Below are positions 24,496 to 37,500 of a DNA stretch of 64,000 nt, piece by piece. Numbering within the stretch: position 1 is the first letter of the stretch; every line of letters starts with the position of its first letter. The stretch covers positions 14,450,998 through 14,514,997 of the forward strand of contig OZ037767.1 in assembly GCA_964035545.1 (NCBI GenBank). The letters run 5' to 3'. Origin of the DNA: Bugula neritina. Taxonomy: Eukaryota; Animalia; Bryozoa. The notes beneath the pieces were generated by a model. It had not been told where the DNA came from, searched no databases, and saw only the letters and a program-made list of their open reading frames with translations. A program made the translations under genes and the position numbers.

Positions 24496-25526
24496 CTTCT
24501 TGCAGCTTCTGAAACCCAAATGTTGCTGTAGCAAAACATCTGGAAAGGAAATGGTTTGTTGACGCAAAAGTTGCTGCAGCTAAGCAACCACTCCTTTGAC
24601 TGATATTTTCTATAGTAGTTCACAGGAAAGATAATTATTGTATGTTTTGATTAAAGTTCTACAAAGATTAAAGAGATATATTTTCTTTTGAATATATAAC
24701 ATGTTGCCTAAAACTACTGATATTGATTACATGGTAGCTATTCATAGAAACATGTAATTAACTGTGTAACATTAAAAAAAGTTTGAAATACACTTGGTTC
24801 ATCAAACTTATACTAAGCAATACATTTGTTTGCAGTCCTTTATTGTTGGAACTTTACATAAGCTGGGAAAGCTTTTCCCTAAATCATTATAGCTTTTCAC
24901 ATATCACCTCAGCTATGCCAGCTATATTATGCTTTTTCCACACTCATTATGACTACCACGCCATAGTTAACCTTTTTGAATGGTATAAAAACCCAGCAAT
25001 TTCTCTTGCACTTGCAACTACACTTATAACTTGAGATGTAACGTTATTCACATTGCTACTTTTTTTCAGTCTTTGACAATAAATATTTCAACAATAAAGT
25101 CTATTTATGCACTGCATTACCACAGTTTGGTATGGGCATATACAAGCTTTAATTGCAGAATCATAGAAACACAAAAAACATAATGTATACAAGCATAATA
25201 AAAATTACTTAAAATACTCTAATTTCTAAAGAAAATTTATGTCTTTCAATGAGTTCTTATAAAAATACATGCATTAGATAGCCCCCAAGATAAAGAAAAA
25301 ACTAGTTAACTCAACTGGTTTAAAACATGCAAATACATATTAAAAGTAGAATTCACAAACTTCTTGACATAGCATACACACACCAAATGAATGATTGTTC
25401 ATAACAAAAATATAATGAATTATACTGATATCAGTTTAATAATTATAATCATTAGTTGTATATATTGAGTTGACAAAAATAGTTTTCTCCTTTCTACTTT
25501 TTCCTATGACTGAAGGCTCTCGGCTA

Positions 25527-26532
25527 TCAGAGGATGTCTCTCAAAGTACAGTCCCCAGTCTTCTGGAAGGTTCTGACTCCATACATCTGACTGCTTTGCT
25601 CTCCAGTCTTACTATCTCCATGGTAGTTTAGTGCAAGACAGTTGGAGTTGTCAGAACAATGCTGGAAACATTGTAACTTGTCACGGGCTGTGTGGGCGGA
25701 GAAAACGCTAGCCTGAGATTACGTATAGCCAGGTAGTACGGGTGGAGGGTGTCTGGAAATAAGAGTGATCTGAAAGATACAAAATACGTATGTGTGATTG
25801 TAAGAAAAGAGTCATAAATGGTAATAGTTGCACACTTGAAAACAAGTTTATTTTAAAATCGAAAAGTTTTTCAAATTGCAAGACAACTAAAATCAACTAC
25901 TACCTTTATACTTGCAAAGTTACGCTGCTTAATCTAGCTGTAGAGAAGTCAGTGTTTTATCACATAACTGGAAACAGGATATTGCGAAGATGCTGCTAGA
26001 ACCACGACAACATCTGGTGTAGTCAGCAGTTCGGCTGCTGCCTCTATGTTACAACCACATTTATTTCCTACTACAATCTCACTTAATGTGTAGAAACAGA
26101 ACTGGCATGCAAGAGCATATTACTTTGAACTTAATAACTATTCACATACTATTTCAAATCTTATTTGAAACTTTTAACAATTGACATGATTATTTAAAGT
26201 TTTACTGTTTAATAAAGCCATCATATAAGAACTTGGTAAATGAAACTTGAAGGCAAATTACATATAATATACTACCAGTATTACAGAGCATCTGCATTGA
26301 AAAGGGTGACATCACCATATCACAAGATGAGTGTGTACTCGTCATTAGCCAGATGTAGCGGCCCTTGGTACCAGTTTACCAATTCAAGATAGGCATTATG
26401 GGCCAGGTATATGGCACGCATGTCTGCATCTCCAACTGCGTCATCCTTGCAGTTCCCCCGTTAAGTCTCTTGTATTACCATCGAACTTGAAGAAGGTTCT
26501 AGGTTAGGGGTATTGATCTACGACCTGCACAC
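25527..26532 (-). pseudogene. Decayed LamG/concanavalin-like + PAN/apple gene remnant
   Basis: Minus-strand fragments FKFDGNTRDLTGELQG / MRAIYLAHNAYLELVNW...EYTLIL (~26490-26320), AISCFQLCDKTLTSLQLD*AA (~25990-25925) and PGYT*SQASVFSAHTARDKLQCFQHCSDNSNCLALNYHGDSKT (25769-25527), with stops and frameshifts. Confidence 0.55.
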
Positions 26533-26977
26533 CTACAGCTTACAAACACAAGATATGCTACATTGCAGTGTATTCTAGAATTTGAAGCACACTGTGTTGT
26601 AGCATTGATTTTAAAGTAAAGTTTAATACCTGCAAACAAATAGTTGAACAAGGTGAATATTCTGAAGTACAACATATGCTGGGGTGTAACACATTGAAAT
26701 TAAATTCATAGTTGAGAAAACACCACAATTTCATTGCCAATATTTTACCTAATCCATCAGAACACAATATTATAAAGAGAAGACAATCCTTACCTTTCCA
26801 AGTAAGTCTAGATAAACAGATTCCACAAATATACTGCAGAAGCACGACTCTTCATGTCATAATGGCCAGTCAATATGAGAAACTTGGTTTATTAGCAAAA
26901 TTCACAAAAGGTTTAACGAATTGATTATTCAAATTGGAAAAACGGTCGATACTTCACCAGCCTATGAAATATAGCCT

Positions 26978-27085
26978 CAGAGAATACACCGTGTAGTCTG
27001 AGAGAATACACCGTGTAGTCTGAGAGAATATATCGTGTAGCCTTAGAGTACATACTGTGTAGCTTGAGAGTATAAACTGAGAGTA
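26978..27085 (+). repeat. 22-bp minisatellite (GAGAGAATACACCGTGTAGTCT), ~4-5 copies
   Basis: Seen directly in the sequence. Confidence 0.8.
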
Positions 27086-27334
27086 TAATTTATAATGGCA
27101 TATACATTGTATTGTGTAAATTAGTGCCCACAAGGCATGTAAGTATAAATAATGAAAAATACAAAAATGAAGGGAATGATGTAATAAACAAATCTTCGCA
27201 CAAAAACTAAATACAAAGGGTTAACTAATAACAAAGTCAGTCATAAGCATTATATGGCAATATTAAAATCATTGGAATCGTCTACCCTCATAAGCTGAGC
27301 TAACGAGAAACATGGCCCCCCCCCCCGCAGCGCG

Positions 27335-30300
27335 TTATCGCTGAGCTGTGTTGGCTGAGGATTTATAGGTCAGACTATACAGTTTCCTGTTGAGTACAGA
27401 GTTCTGTTCTTGAAGGCTTCGGATTTTATCAGCTTGGTGCTCAATAATATCATCTACAGGATTGTCTGCCCGGTAACCTAGCAATGTGAAAGGAAAACTC
27501 TTGAAATACATATGAAGAGTTATCTGCTATACCATAAAACAGGTGGAAAAAAATCACAACACTGGGAGTTGTCTTCTATGCCATGGAATTACTTAAATGA
27601 CCAACTTACAGAAAACTTTGAATGAAAAGGAAAAAATGTTCAAAGTTGTCTGCTCTACCATGAAATCACGCATACAGAGTTGCCTGCCCAATGTTAAAAA
27701 AACAAGGGGAATATGTGAGGAATACTCACCAACACCCCGACTGGTGTCCAGGTGGTGAGGTTGGAAACTCGTCAGCAACTGGTCACCGGCATCATCCGGA
27801 GCCAGGCGGTGTTTGTTCTGTTGGAACACCTAAAAAGCACCATATTGATTCAGCCTATGTCCATAACTTCGGCAAAAGTGCACACAACTCCCAATTTTTC
27901 TTTGACAGAATTGTGAGCAGTGTGTCTAATATTTTTAAGCCTAAAGTTGAGTTTATAACTTCACGATTTTCAGTCAGAAATGCAATTTGGCCAAGCTGAA
28001 AATTCTCTGAGTTGCATTGCATTGTAAGAGCCACTCGTAAAAATTTTTGTACTGTGATAACTTAATCGGCCGAGTTCAGAATAATACTCAAAAGAAGAAA
28101 ACAACTCCTTATAAATATCGTTATTTAGCTATGACTTTGGCGATTAGATGACGGACTCATATGTTAATAGTTATATCGCCTACACCTTCTCAATTATCGC
28201 TTTTATGCTGTCAACTTCACTAATCCACGACGTTTTCAAAGGGCATCAAATAGCGATTAGGCGAGTCAGATTTCACTTTTAGAAAGCAAGCTTCCGCATC
28301 AATATGATTTCAACGATTTCCAGTTTGACTATAAAGGGTATCCGGACAAGCGTTATTAACTGAAACTCGGTACTTTTTTCAGCAGAGGTATAAACGCAAC
28401 TTTAAAATCCAGATCCAAATGCTAGCAAATTCCAAATGCCAATACTTACAACCAAATGTGCTACTCATACCATTATTTAAGAAAGAATAATGGGGATTGC
28501 TAGAAGCAGCACAAAGCTTCGAGTCACTGAGAGCAGTATTTTTATACATACTGCCTGAACTCTAAACTAGATGCCCTACCACTGCAGTTGATGACCCCAA
28601 ACTGTGTGCTGCATCAAGCAATTTACGAGGGCTGTGGTCAGTTGACCTCAACACAAAAGACAAAGAGGGACACGTGACACGTGATGTGTACTCACTCTGA
28701 ATAAGTATATCACGAGACCAATCAACATAACAGCTGTCTCCAGAGAAGATAACATTTGTATCCACATGTTGGGGGTGAGACTGATCAGAGTACAAGATGA
28801 GTCATTCGGGTTCTGTAACAGCAGACTAGCAGCTTATCACCATAATAATATTACCATACTAGTAGTAGTAGTACTAGTATATTATATTGCTAGTAGTAGT
28901 AGTACTAGTATATTATATTACTAGCAGTAGTAGCACTAGTATATTATATTGCTAGTAGTAGTAGTACTAGTATATTATATTACTAGCAGTAGTAGCACTA
29001 GTATATTATATTGCTAGTAGTAGTAGTACTAGTATATTATATTACTAGTAGTAGTAGTAGTACTAGTAAATTGTATTACTAGTACACATAATAATACTAT
29101 CATACTAGTAACAGTAGCACTAGTATATTATATTACTGATAGTAGTAGTACCATTACACATAAATTGATTAATGACAGTAATATTAATAATAGTACTAGG
29201 CATCAGGGTCTAGGGGTTAGTGCTTTTGCCTAGTAAACACGAGGTGATGGGTTCGAGCCCAGACAAAGGTCATTGGTGACGCTAGGGAGAGCATACAGTC
29301 ACAATTGCTCCTGTGCCTCATCTGAATAAGTCCTTAGCCCAATTCAACAGAAAACACATTCCATCAGAAGATTTCTAAAGTGAGTTTTAGTACTACTAGC
29401 ACACATCGTAAGTATATCCCCATACAACTAGCAGTAGTAATACTATTTCAATACTAGCGGAGGCAGCTACTAGGTGTGTATAATGTACTGTGTAGCAAGC
29501 AAACTATAAACTTTCACAGAATTATCAAATTTCCAGAATTGTGTTCCGTGACTAACAGACGACTGAAGTAAGTTATTCTAATCTATATTGTATCCTGTAA
29601 AGAGAAGACAACCATTAAAAATAATCTACATGCATATAGAAGTGACAAGCTAACAGCACAGAGACACAGCGTAGAGTATCGGATGATCAGAAAGAGATGG
29701 AAGGGAGACCACAGACTATATTACACAGCATAGTGAATGACTAGAAGCAGCACTATACTAATCACTTACTGATTGGTTGTAGCTCAACTACAGTCATCTA
29801 GTATATCAATAAGAATTATAGGTATTATCTAAGTCTATTACATAATAATTGGCTGTATTATATAATAGTAGAGCTAGTAACACTACATTGATTTATATGT
29901 ACTTTGTATTTACAAAAGCAGTGTGTTCTACATATTGTAAAGTCTGCCACATTAAAATATTGTATATACAATTCATTACAGTGAAACTCCAGCAAGCTCA
30001 TATTAGCATGTGTGCATAACTCTCACTGTAAACTAGAGCGTAACTGTGGACCCCAGTCTAGATAAAGTGTACTAAGTAAATCAAATTTACTATTCATGAA
30101 AAATTGATGTAAGTTTTGGAAAGTCAGTTAAGGGGTACACACTATCTCGTTACTTGTATGGCATATGACAATGATAACGTGGAGAGTGATATCCACCCTG
30201 TACTGTGGAGCTTGTCCTTATGCTCTGAGGCTAAGCAACTAACCAAAAGGGTGCCTAAACCAGAGTCTCTCACCAAAACCAATACACGCTGAACTATGAC

Positions 30301-31759
30301 AGACGTATCTATACAGTGTAATGGGAATATTCCAGAAGGCAAAGAAACCAGTATCATACAACACTGTTTACCTGGCAGGTGCCTAGCAAGTGGTTGGTTA
30401 AGGCCAGCATCACAGTTTGGAACAGAGACTTGGTGCAGAATGGGTGTCTCTGGAGGTACTTGACAGATCTGTAGAACTTCAGGTATCCCTTCATCTTCAA
30501 CTTCCTGTAAAAAAGGTGTAATCTATAGAATATATGGTGTAATATGCAGAATATATGATGTAATGTGTAGAATACAATAAGGCGTAATACATAAAATAAC
30601 ATAAGGTGTAATAAGCAGAATAATATAATGTCTAGAATACCATAAGGTGTAAAACGTAGAATAACAAAGTGTAATATGTAGAATAAAAAGGTGTAATATG
30701 TAGAATAAAACGAGGTGTAAACTGTAAAGTGTAGAATATAGACTAGAACAAACCTATGATGGAAGGAGAAGAGGAAGTCAAAGATAAGGACGATAAACCA
30801 GGCTACGGAGTGACTGTATACGAGGAGAGAGTACACACCGACAGACAGGAAACTCCCTTTGGAGTTGTCTTCCACCTCGTGGTCAAGGAGAAACGCAGCA
30901 GTCACCAAACCTATCACCATGCAAGAGTGTTTGACATCCATTATTCAGAGCACCGGAATACACATTCAGCAGTAAATTATATAGACCTCATCGCCTAGCA
31001 ACATGAAGCTAACAAATTATCCTTTACACTACATATAAGTGCATAGTGCATGTCCAACTGGCACAATACAATACACTCATGTAATATGATATAACACACC
31101 CAACTAGACAATAAGACTATCTAATACAATACAATATATCCAACTACACGATATATGATATAACTATGTAACATGATATACGATACACTCACCTAGCATG
31201 ACATACGATACACTCACCTAGCATGATGATTATCTCCACCGTGGCTAGAAAAGCGCCAAATATGGCTATCCGGGGATTTTCGTGGTACCTGCTATCAGTG
31301 ATGTGTAGAGATGTGTTGGCCAAAACATCCTGAAACATGCATCATATGTTAGTAGAGCTCATTGTACATTGCAGAGGCGAAGACGCCACATTTCAATAAT
31401 TCAAAAGTATCATTCGTGGAGTTATTAGCACTGTGGGAGATTTAGCTTCCGGTAAATTCATATGTTGAGCTTGCAAACTTACCTTCAGAATAAAAAAAAT
31501 ATTGCCTTGTTTTGAAATGCGAAAAATTTAGACAAAAGTCATCAACGTAGCAGTTGAAACTATTGAAGCAAAATTTTGGAATAATACCAATATTTGATTG
31601 GTTAGGCCCAAAGTCTAAAAGTTATTACTGGGATATGATTGGTCAGAGTGATAATGCGATATGATTGGTTACCTGAAGAGGATCCTCTTCACTACCATCA
31701 TCACTCCCACTTTCCATGTGATTAATGTCAATAGTTGCTTGACCCACATTCATATTCAT
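27335..31759 (-). CDS. TMEM192: Transmembrane protein 192 (lysosomal four-TM protein with C-terminal coiled coil)
   Basis: Exons (minus) 31759-31673, 31329-31218, 30910-30754, 30504-30372, 28812-28696, 27829-27730, 27477-27335, all phase-consistent. Motifs HHRKLKMKGYLKFYRSVKYL, LETAVMLIGLVIYLFRVFQQNK...APD and GYR...DDIIEHQADKIRSLQEQNSVLNRKL parallel the TMEM192 family. Confidence 0.85.
27942..28405. mobile_element. Non-autonomous DNA transposon (MITE) with (T)TAAAG...CTTTAA ends, Kolobok-like
   Basis: Left end TAAAGTTGAGTTTATAACT versus the reverse complement of the right end TAAAGTTGCGTTTATACCT; CTAA/TTAA flanks; lies in a TMEM192 intron. Confidence 0.6.
28497..28621. mobile_element. ~120-bp MITE with TTGCTAGAAGCAGCAC TIRs (copy 1)
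   Basis: TTGCTAGAAGCAGCACA ... TGTGCTGCATCAAGCAA; the same TIR occurs at 58930-59039. Confidence 0.6.
28855..29198. repeat. ~31-bp (TAG)-rich minisatellite
   Basis: Repeated CTAGTAGTAGTAGTACTAGTATATTATATT[G/A]. Confidence 0.9.
29200..29376 (+). mobile_element. tRNA-derived SINE, family B (copy 2)
   Basis: GGTCTAGGGGTTAG...GGTTCGAGCCCAGACAAAGG...AATTGCTCCTGTGCCTCAT matches 16105-16322 in the opposite orientation. Confidence 0.8.
30505..30753 (-). repeat. TMEM192 intron consisting almost wholly of a degenerate ~23-bp tandem repeat
   Basis: Plus-strand units AAGGTGTAATATGTAGAATA...; the intron is 249 nt and stop-free in frame. Confidence 0.75.
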
Positions 31760-33344
31760 ACATTAGGCATTAAATCAGCTTACTTTTTCTTTTCGTGCAT
31801 TGATAGAGTCTAAATAATAAATTGTTTACATGCCTAAATCTTACAATTACACTTGTGTAGAGCTATTACTCTAGACTCAAATGCGAATACAAAAAAAAAG
31901 AATTGTTTAGGCTAAAACTCTATTTATCAAATTCAAGACTACAAATATTTAAAAAGAACATGTTTAACTCAACTCAACAAACATCACTCAACTCAAATCA
32001 CCCTGATTCTGGTTGCTGAGCTCAAAGTTCAAGATTCTCACTTTCTTTTTAAAAAAGAAGGTTTCTAGGCTTGGAGAAAAAAGTTGCTATAGCCAGCAGA
32101 TCTTTACAAAGTTGAAATTAGATATGATGAAATTAAGAATACCAATAATATATTACTCTAGATAAATACACTTGAAAACAAAATATATTTTGGGCTATTT
32201 GCATAATGGATTATTGGAGGAAATGTTTAGGCTAATTAGATTGTGCAAGAAACTACATTCAAATGGTATCGGCAACACTGCAGTTTTACAATATTCAAAG
32301 TTAAAACAATGAATACATTTTCAAAAACTAGTAAACTTTGATTTTATTGCAAAAATCAGTTTCTAACTTAATACTAAAGATAAATTATTAAATAAACAAT
32401 GATCAAATGATAATATTATAATTTATATTTTTTATATAATTATAATAGTCTTACTAAGACTTATACTTATAGAAATAATAACTATACTTATATTATGGCT
32501 AAGAGTATGAAGATAATTTTATTCAATAATCTAAAATTACACATAATTTATTTTCATTAACTCTGTCTTTTGCCTCTTTAGCTTTTACTTTCATACTAGA
32601 ACATTATTAACTAATGCCTAATTATAACTATAATATTATTAACAATAATAAAAAAACGTATCAGTATTAGCTAAGTTAATAGTTTAGGTTATACTAATAC
32701 TTAGCATTTATTACTTTTACTAATACTTATAGTTCTACTGTCTAACTCTATAGACTATGCTTATAGTAATAGTAACTAATAAATATTAGCCTTAAGCTAA
32801 TGATTATATAACACTAGTATAAGTATTATTAAGACTAAGTACTAAGTAGTAACACTAACACTGTAAGATTATTACTAAGTGTAAGTCAAACTTAATGCAC
32901 TAACTAATAACTATAAGACTGTCTAAATACCAACTATAACTATAAGTAACAACTAATACATAACAACTACAAGTAACAAGCTGAAGTTAATAAACAAAAA
33001 TTAAAATAAATATAAAATAGCATAATCATAGTGTATAACTATAATTGATAATCATAATGATAAACTTGAAGTTGAGGTCAGACTCAAAGTGAAAGTAATA
33101 AACTAGCAGTAGTAGTCAACTAAGTAACAATATTATTCAGTTTACTTTTACTTCTACTTCTAGTTATATTACTTTTAGATATATTAAGTTTAACGTTGAG
33201 TTTATCACATTTAATTTTATTAATTATTAAATAAATAATTATTATTTATTTTTAAACCCTTAATAAAGTCAAACTTAAAGTTAAAGCTGAAATTAAACTT
33301 AATATAAATATTAATAAATAAATATCAGCATGCTGTTTTAGTGT

Positions 33345-33530
33345 ATAGTAATACTAATATTACTAATAGTAATAGTAATGCTAACTCTAAGTCTAATCAA
33401 TACTAATAGTAATAGTAATACTAATACAGTAATACTAATAGTAATACTAATACTAATAATAATACTAATACTAATAGTAATACTTATACTAATACTAATC
33501 TAATAGTAATAGTAATAGTAATACTAATAG
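33345..33530. repeat. (TAA/TAG/TAC)n low-complexity trinucleotide tract
   Basis: Seen directly; embedded in very AT-rich low-complexity DNA at about 32400-33600. Confidence 0.85.
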
Positions 33531-34581
33531 TGACACATCTTATTTTAATTTACTATTAAGTAAGTTACTTGCACTGGCATTACTACTAAAAGCAAAAATA
33601 TATTTAACAGTAGTTGCATTTCTTTCGTTACAATCAACGCGATACCAATTTACAACAAGTTTACAAAGGGTAGCAGTAAACAATGTAGGTTCTCAGAAGT
33701 GATCAGATAATTTAACATTTAATTTCTGTGAATAAAAAGGGAAACGGAATAACCCTATTAGAGGTTTCGGTCCCATATCATTTCTATTTAACAAAATTTA
33801 TAAATTTTAAATAAAAGTTATTTAAAAATTATTTTTTCACATTTAAATGCAAAAAAATTTAAATTGTTTCTGCAAATTTTATTTTTTATCGAGAGTTTGA
33901 ATTGCGATTAACTTACTGACTATCTATGTCCTGTTTATTAGTTGCCAAGAGATCGAACGAGAGGCCTAGATTGTCACAGCAAATAAAGCGCCTACATTCT
34001 CATTCAACAATAGTGTATTGACTATACCAGCATACGTAGATTGTTAAGATATAAACTAGGCCTAGATACAAAAATTACATTAGTTCTCACAGATTCATTT
34101 GTGAATAGATTAGTATTGACTGAATATCTTCACAGGTATTACTATTAGAACTTTTTCACAGAGCAGGTTAGCTAGATTGTTGTTGGCGTTCACTCTAGTA
34201 GTTAAATATTTTTGACTCAACACGACTTTTTTCAAAACTTGTCACTTGAATTGCTGCAAATTTTTGGTTAGTTTTGCTATTTTAGCGCATTTTTAGTTTT
34301 ATCCTAAAAAGGCAAGTAAATCCCACTAAGATTCAAATTGTTAGATGAGTGTTATAAGCAATAATTTAATAATTTGTTTTATTTACCTTATTGAATTATT
34401 ACTTCAGTTTTTCTAAACATAACTTGGTAAAATAAAAACTCAAAGTTTGTTTTGTGTAAATCTACAACCCAAATGTAGATGGTAATTTATAATAGTTTCC
34501 ACAGGTAATATTAGACAAGTTATTGAACAGTTTTAGTATTTATTTTACAACATTACAGATTCCGCTTAGTTAGTCAGTAAA

Positions 34582-37500
34582 ATGGGTTGCAGCAACAGTG
34601 TAGAATTGAGCCCAAACAGGAGTGGAGGGTATCAAGGAAAAGCCTATCCTCAACAACAACAGCCCGCACAGGTAACGGCCTTAGAGTGTGTTTCAATTTT
34701 GATCATAAATCATGTTGAGTTTATAATTTAAAAGAATATTTAATTTATTTTGAATTAAATATTTAATTAATTTTGAATTAAATATTTAAATATTCAATTT
34801 ATTTTGAATTAAGTATTATTCAAAATACTAATGTTTTAGAAAGTTGAAATGAATCCAGCGGTAAGCTAAAAAAGCTGCTTTCACAATAGGACTCTGCAAT
34901 CACTTTGCTTTACTCACATTTACTAATTTTAATGCATACTCAAGATATTTTGTTAGATATTAGGGCTTCTTTACTTTTGCATTATAATTCTCTCTGTTTT
35001 GCAGGGGTTTGAATTGTTGGCAATTTAAATCCTAAAACTTCCACTACTTTTGCTAAAATGCAATTGCTAAAGTGTGTTTTGCTAATTAATTTATTTATGC
35101 TGTGATGATTTAAATGTATATGCATGCTGAGTTAGTAGTGTGCTAGCTAACATGTATGCTTCTAAAATTGCATGCTCATTTTTCTCTAATCAGTGTTTTC
35201 TTGCTTCATAATTTGCATATCACTGTTTGGCAGCAGCCACCTCCCCAACGGCAGCACCAAAGCCAACAGCCTGCAAAAGGCTATATGACTGTAGTTAACA
35301 ATCAGTCGCCCCAGCAGCAGCCACAGCAGCAGCAGCAGTTAACTGCAAGCAACGCTGCCAGCCCAGGACAATCTGGTTTTACTCAAGACTATGATGCCGA
35401 GGTAATGCCATCATGTCTTAATAATGTAAGAAACTTCAACACTCTAAAGGTTGATGTTTGTTTCAGTATGTGTTTACATAATCAGTTTGACTAATGAATC
35501 ACTATATTAAACAATTAGGCCAAGGTTTGCATTCTATTTATTGACTTTTTGGTTAAAGTATTGATTGAAATTGCATTTAAGATACACTATGTTGTATATC
35601 AAATCAATATCATTTCAGCTCTTTGATAAAGTGTTAATTTTTCTGTCTAGTCAAAATCAAAGCACGAACATTTGTAAACACATGTACATAAAAAGTAATT
35701 GTATTTTACATCAAACTACTATGCATGCATAATTTTTTTTTCTTTATTGTTAATTTTTATACTTCAACTTTTTAAAAAACATCCTTAGGCGCTATTAGTT
35801 ATAAGACAACTTCAAAAAGAACACAAATTTTTGCTAAAAAACATGTAACTAAAATTGCTCATCATGCGATTATTTAGTAGTTATCTCCTCATCATGGAAA
35901 CTGCTTTTGTTTTGAATGTTTTTGTAACTATTGACTTTTTCTCTGCTCAGCCATTGATTGCAGTGAGTGTAGCTCTTCAAGCAAATAGCCTGTGATTTTG
36001 TTTGCTTAGTTTCTGCTCGTCTGTGTGCTGTGTGAAACCAACCCGCTTCTTATAACTTTGTAAAATTACTTGCATGTATTAAGTAAAGAGCATATTTTTT
36101 TAATTTCACACAAGTATATTTAGTATAGCTAACTAACATATTTGAAGATACATAGCTATATTAGACATAATTATACTTTACATAATGTCCACACTATTTA
36201 AACTTTCATGTATGTTCTAATTCTCCTAGAAGCTATGTCTAAGGTTTTAGTGAAAATTTTCAAGTATGGAAAGTACAGATATTGTTTAGGGAAGCTTAAA
36301 TTTGTATGTTTCTTATGTATATTGTCCAGGTGTAGAACTAATTAAAGCAGCATAGTATATAATTTTATAATTATAACATTTATTAGTTCATTAGAACTTA
36401 AACTTGCTGCCTAAAGCTTAGTCAGACTTGAAACACCAGCTACAATACCAGGTCAATAACCAGGTTGTCACATAACATAGAAGTACTACCATTAGTCGAT
36501 TAAATTTTTCAGATTAGTCTAATGACTTTCTTCCAGATTCTATATTCCCTGGCTAAATTTCTTACGGCCAAAGGCTAAATATTATGGTTCTATACTATAA
36601 ACATATAATACCATACTGCTATATTATACTAAAAACATTATATTGTATATAAGCATATTATCACATAATATAGTGTAGATATTATTACAAAACTTTCTAA
36701 GTTATCCTTCACTTTCTCATTTTATTGTACGTTGGAAAAGTTCTACTCAAAGTTATTACGCAACAAGAAATTCATTAAATATTGTAATTATTCATGATGT
36801 AAACCTTTCAACCTGCTAGTATAAATCAATATTAAAACATCTTATCTTATGTGTATTAGAGAATTATAATGATGATTATATATGTATCATATTACTAGTT
36901 ATACTGTATATAATGTATATGGTTTGAAAATGCAAATATTATGGATTTTATTGTTGCCTAGCTGTGTGTGTTGTACATCATGCAGCCATAGAAAAGCTAT
37001 ACTACATATATGAAACTGTAGTTAGCACTTTCCCATAGCTCTAACTTGCCTTTTTATTGTAGCAGTTAGGATTTATATCTGCAGAAATATTAATAACCAC
37101 GATTATCTGTAGAAATAGTAATATACACGATTATCTATAGAAATAAAAATAACGGTAATTATCTGCAGAAATAATAATATGCATGATTATCTGTAGAAGT
37201 AACAGTAATAATGGTTATCTGTAGAAAACTGAGATTGCAGTCAAGGACATAACGCCATCAAAGGATTTGCTGCAGAAATACATTGACCTTGACAATGAAA
37301 TCAGGAAATTGGAGGCCACAAATGTGTTGAAAACATACACAGATCTGAATGCGGCCAATCAGGCACTGAAAGAGGTTATCGGGAAACTAGAAGCGGCACA
37401 TCAGGAGGCTAAAAATAAAACGTAAGTAACATATTTTATATATGATTGTGATCTAAGCTGGTGTATGAATAGGAAACTTAGCCAGGGTGTGCTCTATTAC

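Noticed and set aside
26400-26500. U6 snRNA-like match (GCAAGGATGAC on the minus strand)
   Set aside because: Only a short motif matches, with no ACAGAGA box or U6 ends; better explained as a decayed coding exon.
29580-30330. Possible extra TMEM192 exons (~30240-30154 and ~29725-29615)
   Set aside because: The direct join of 30372 to 28812 already gives a family-like protein; these segments lack TMEM192 similarity, although alternative use cannot be excluded.
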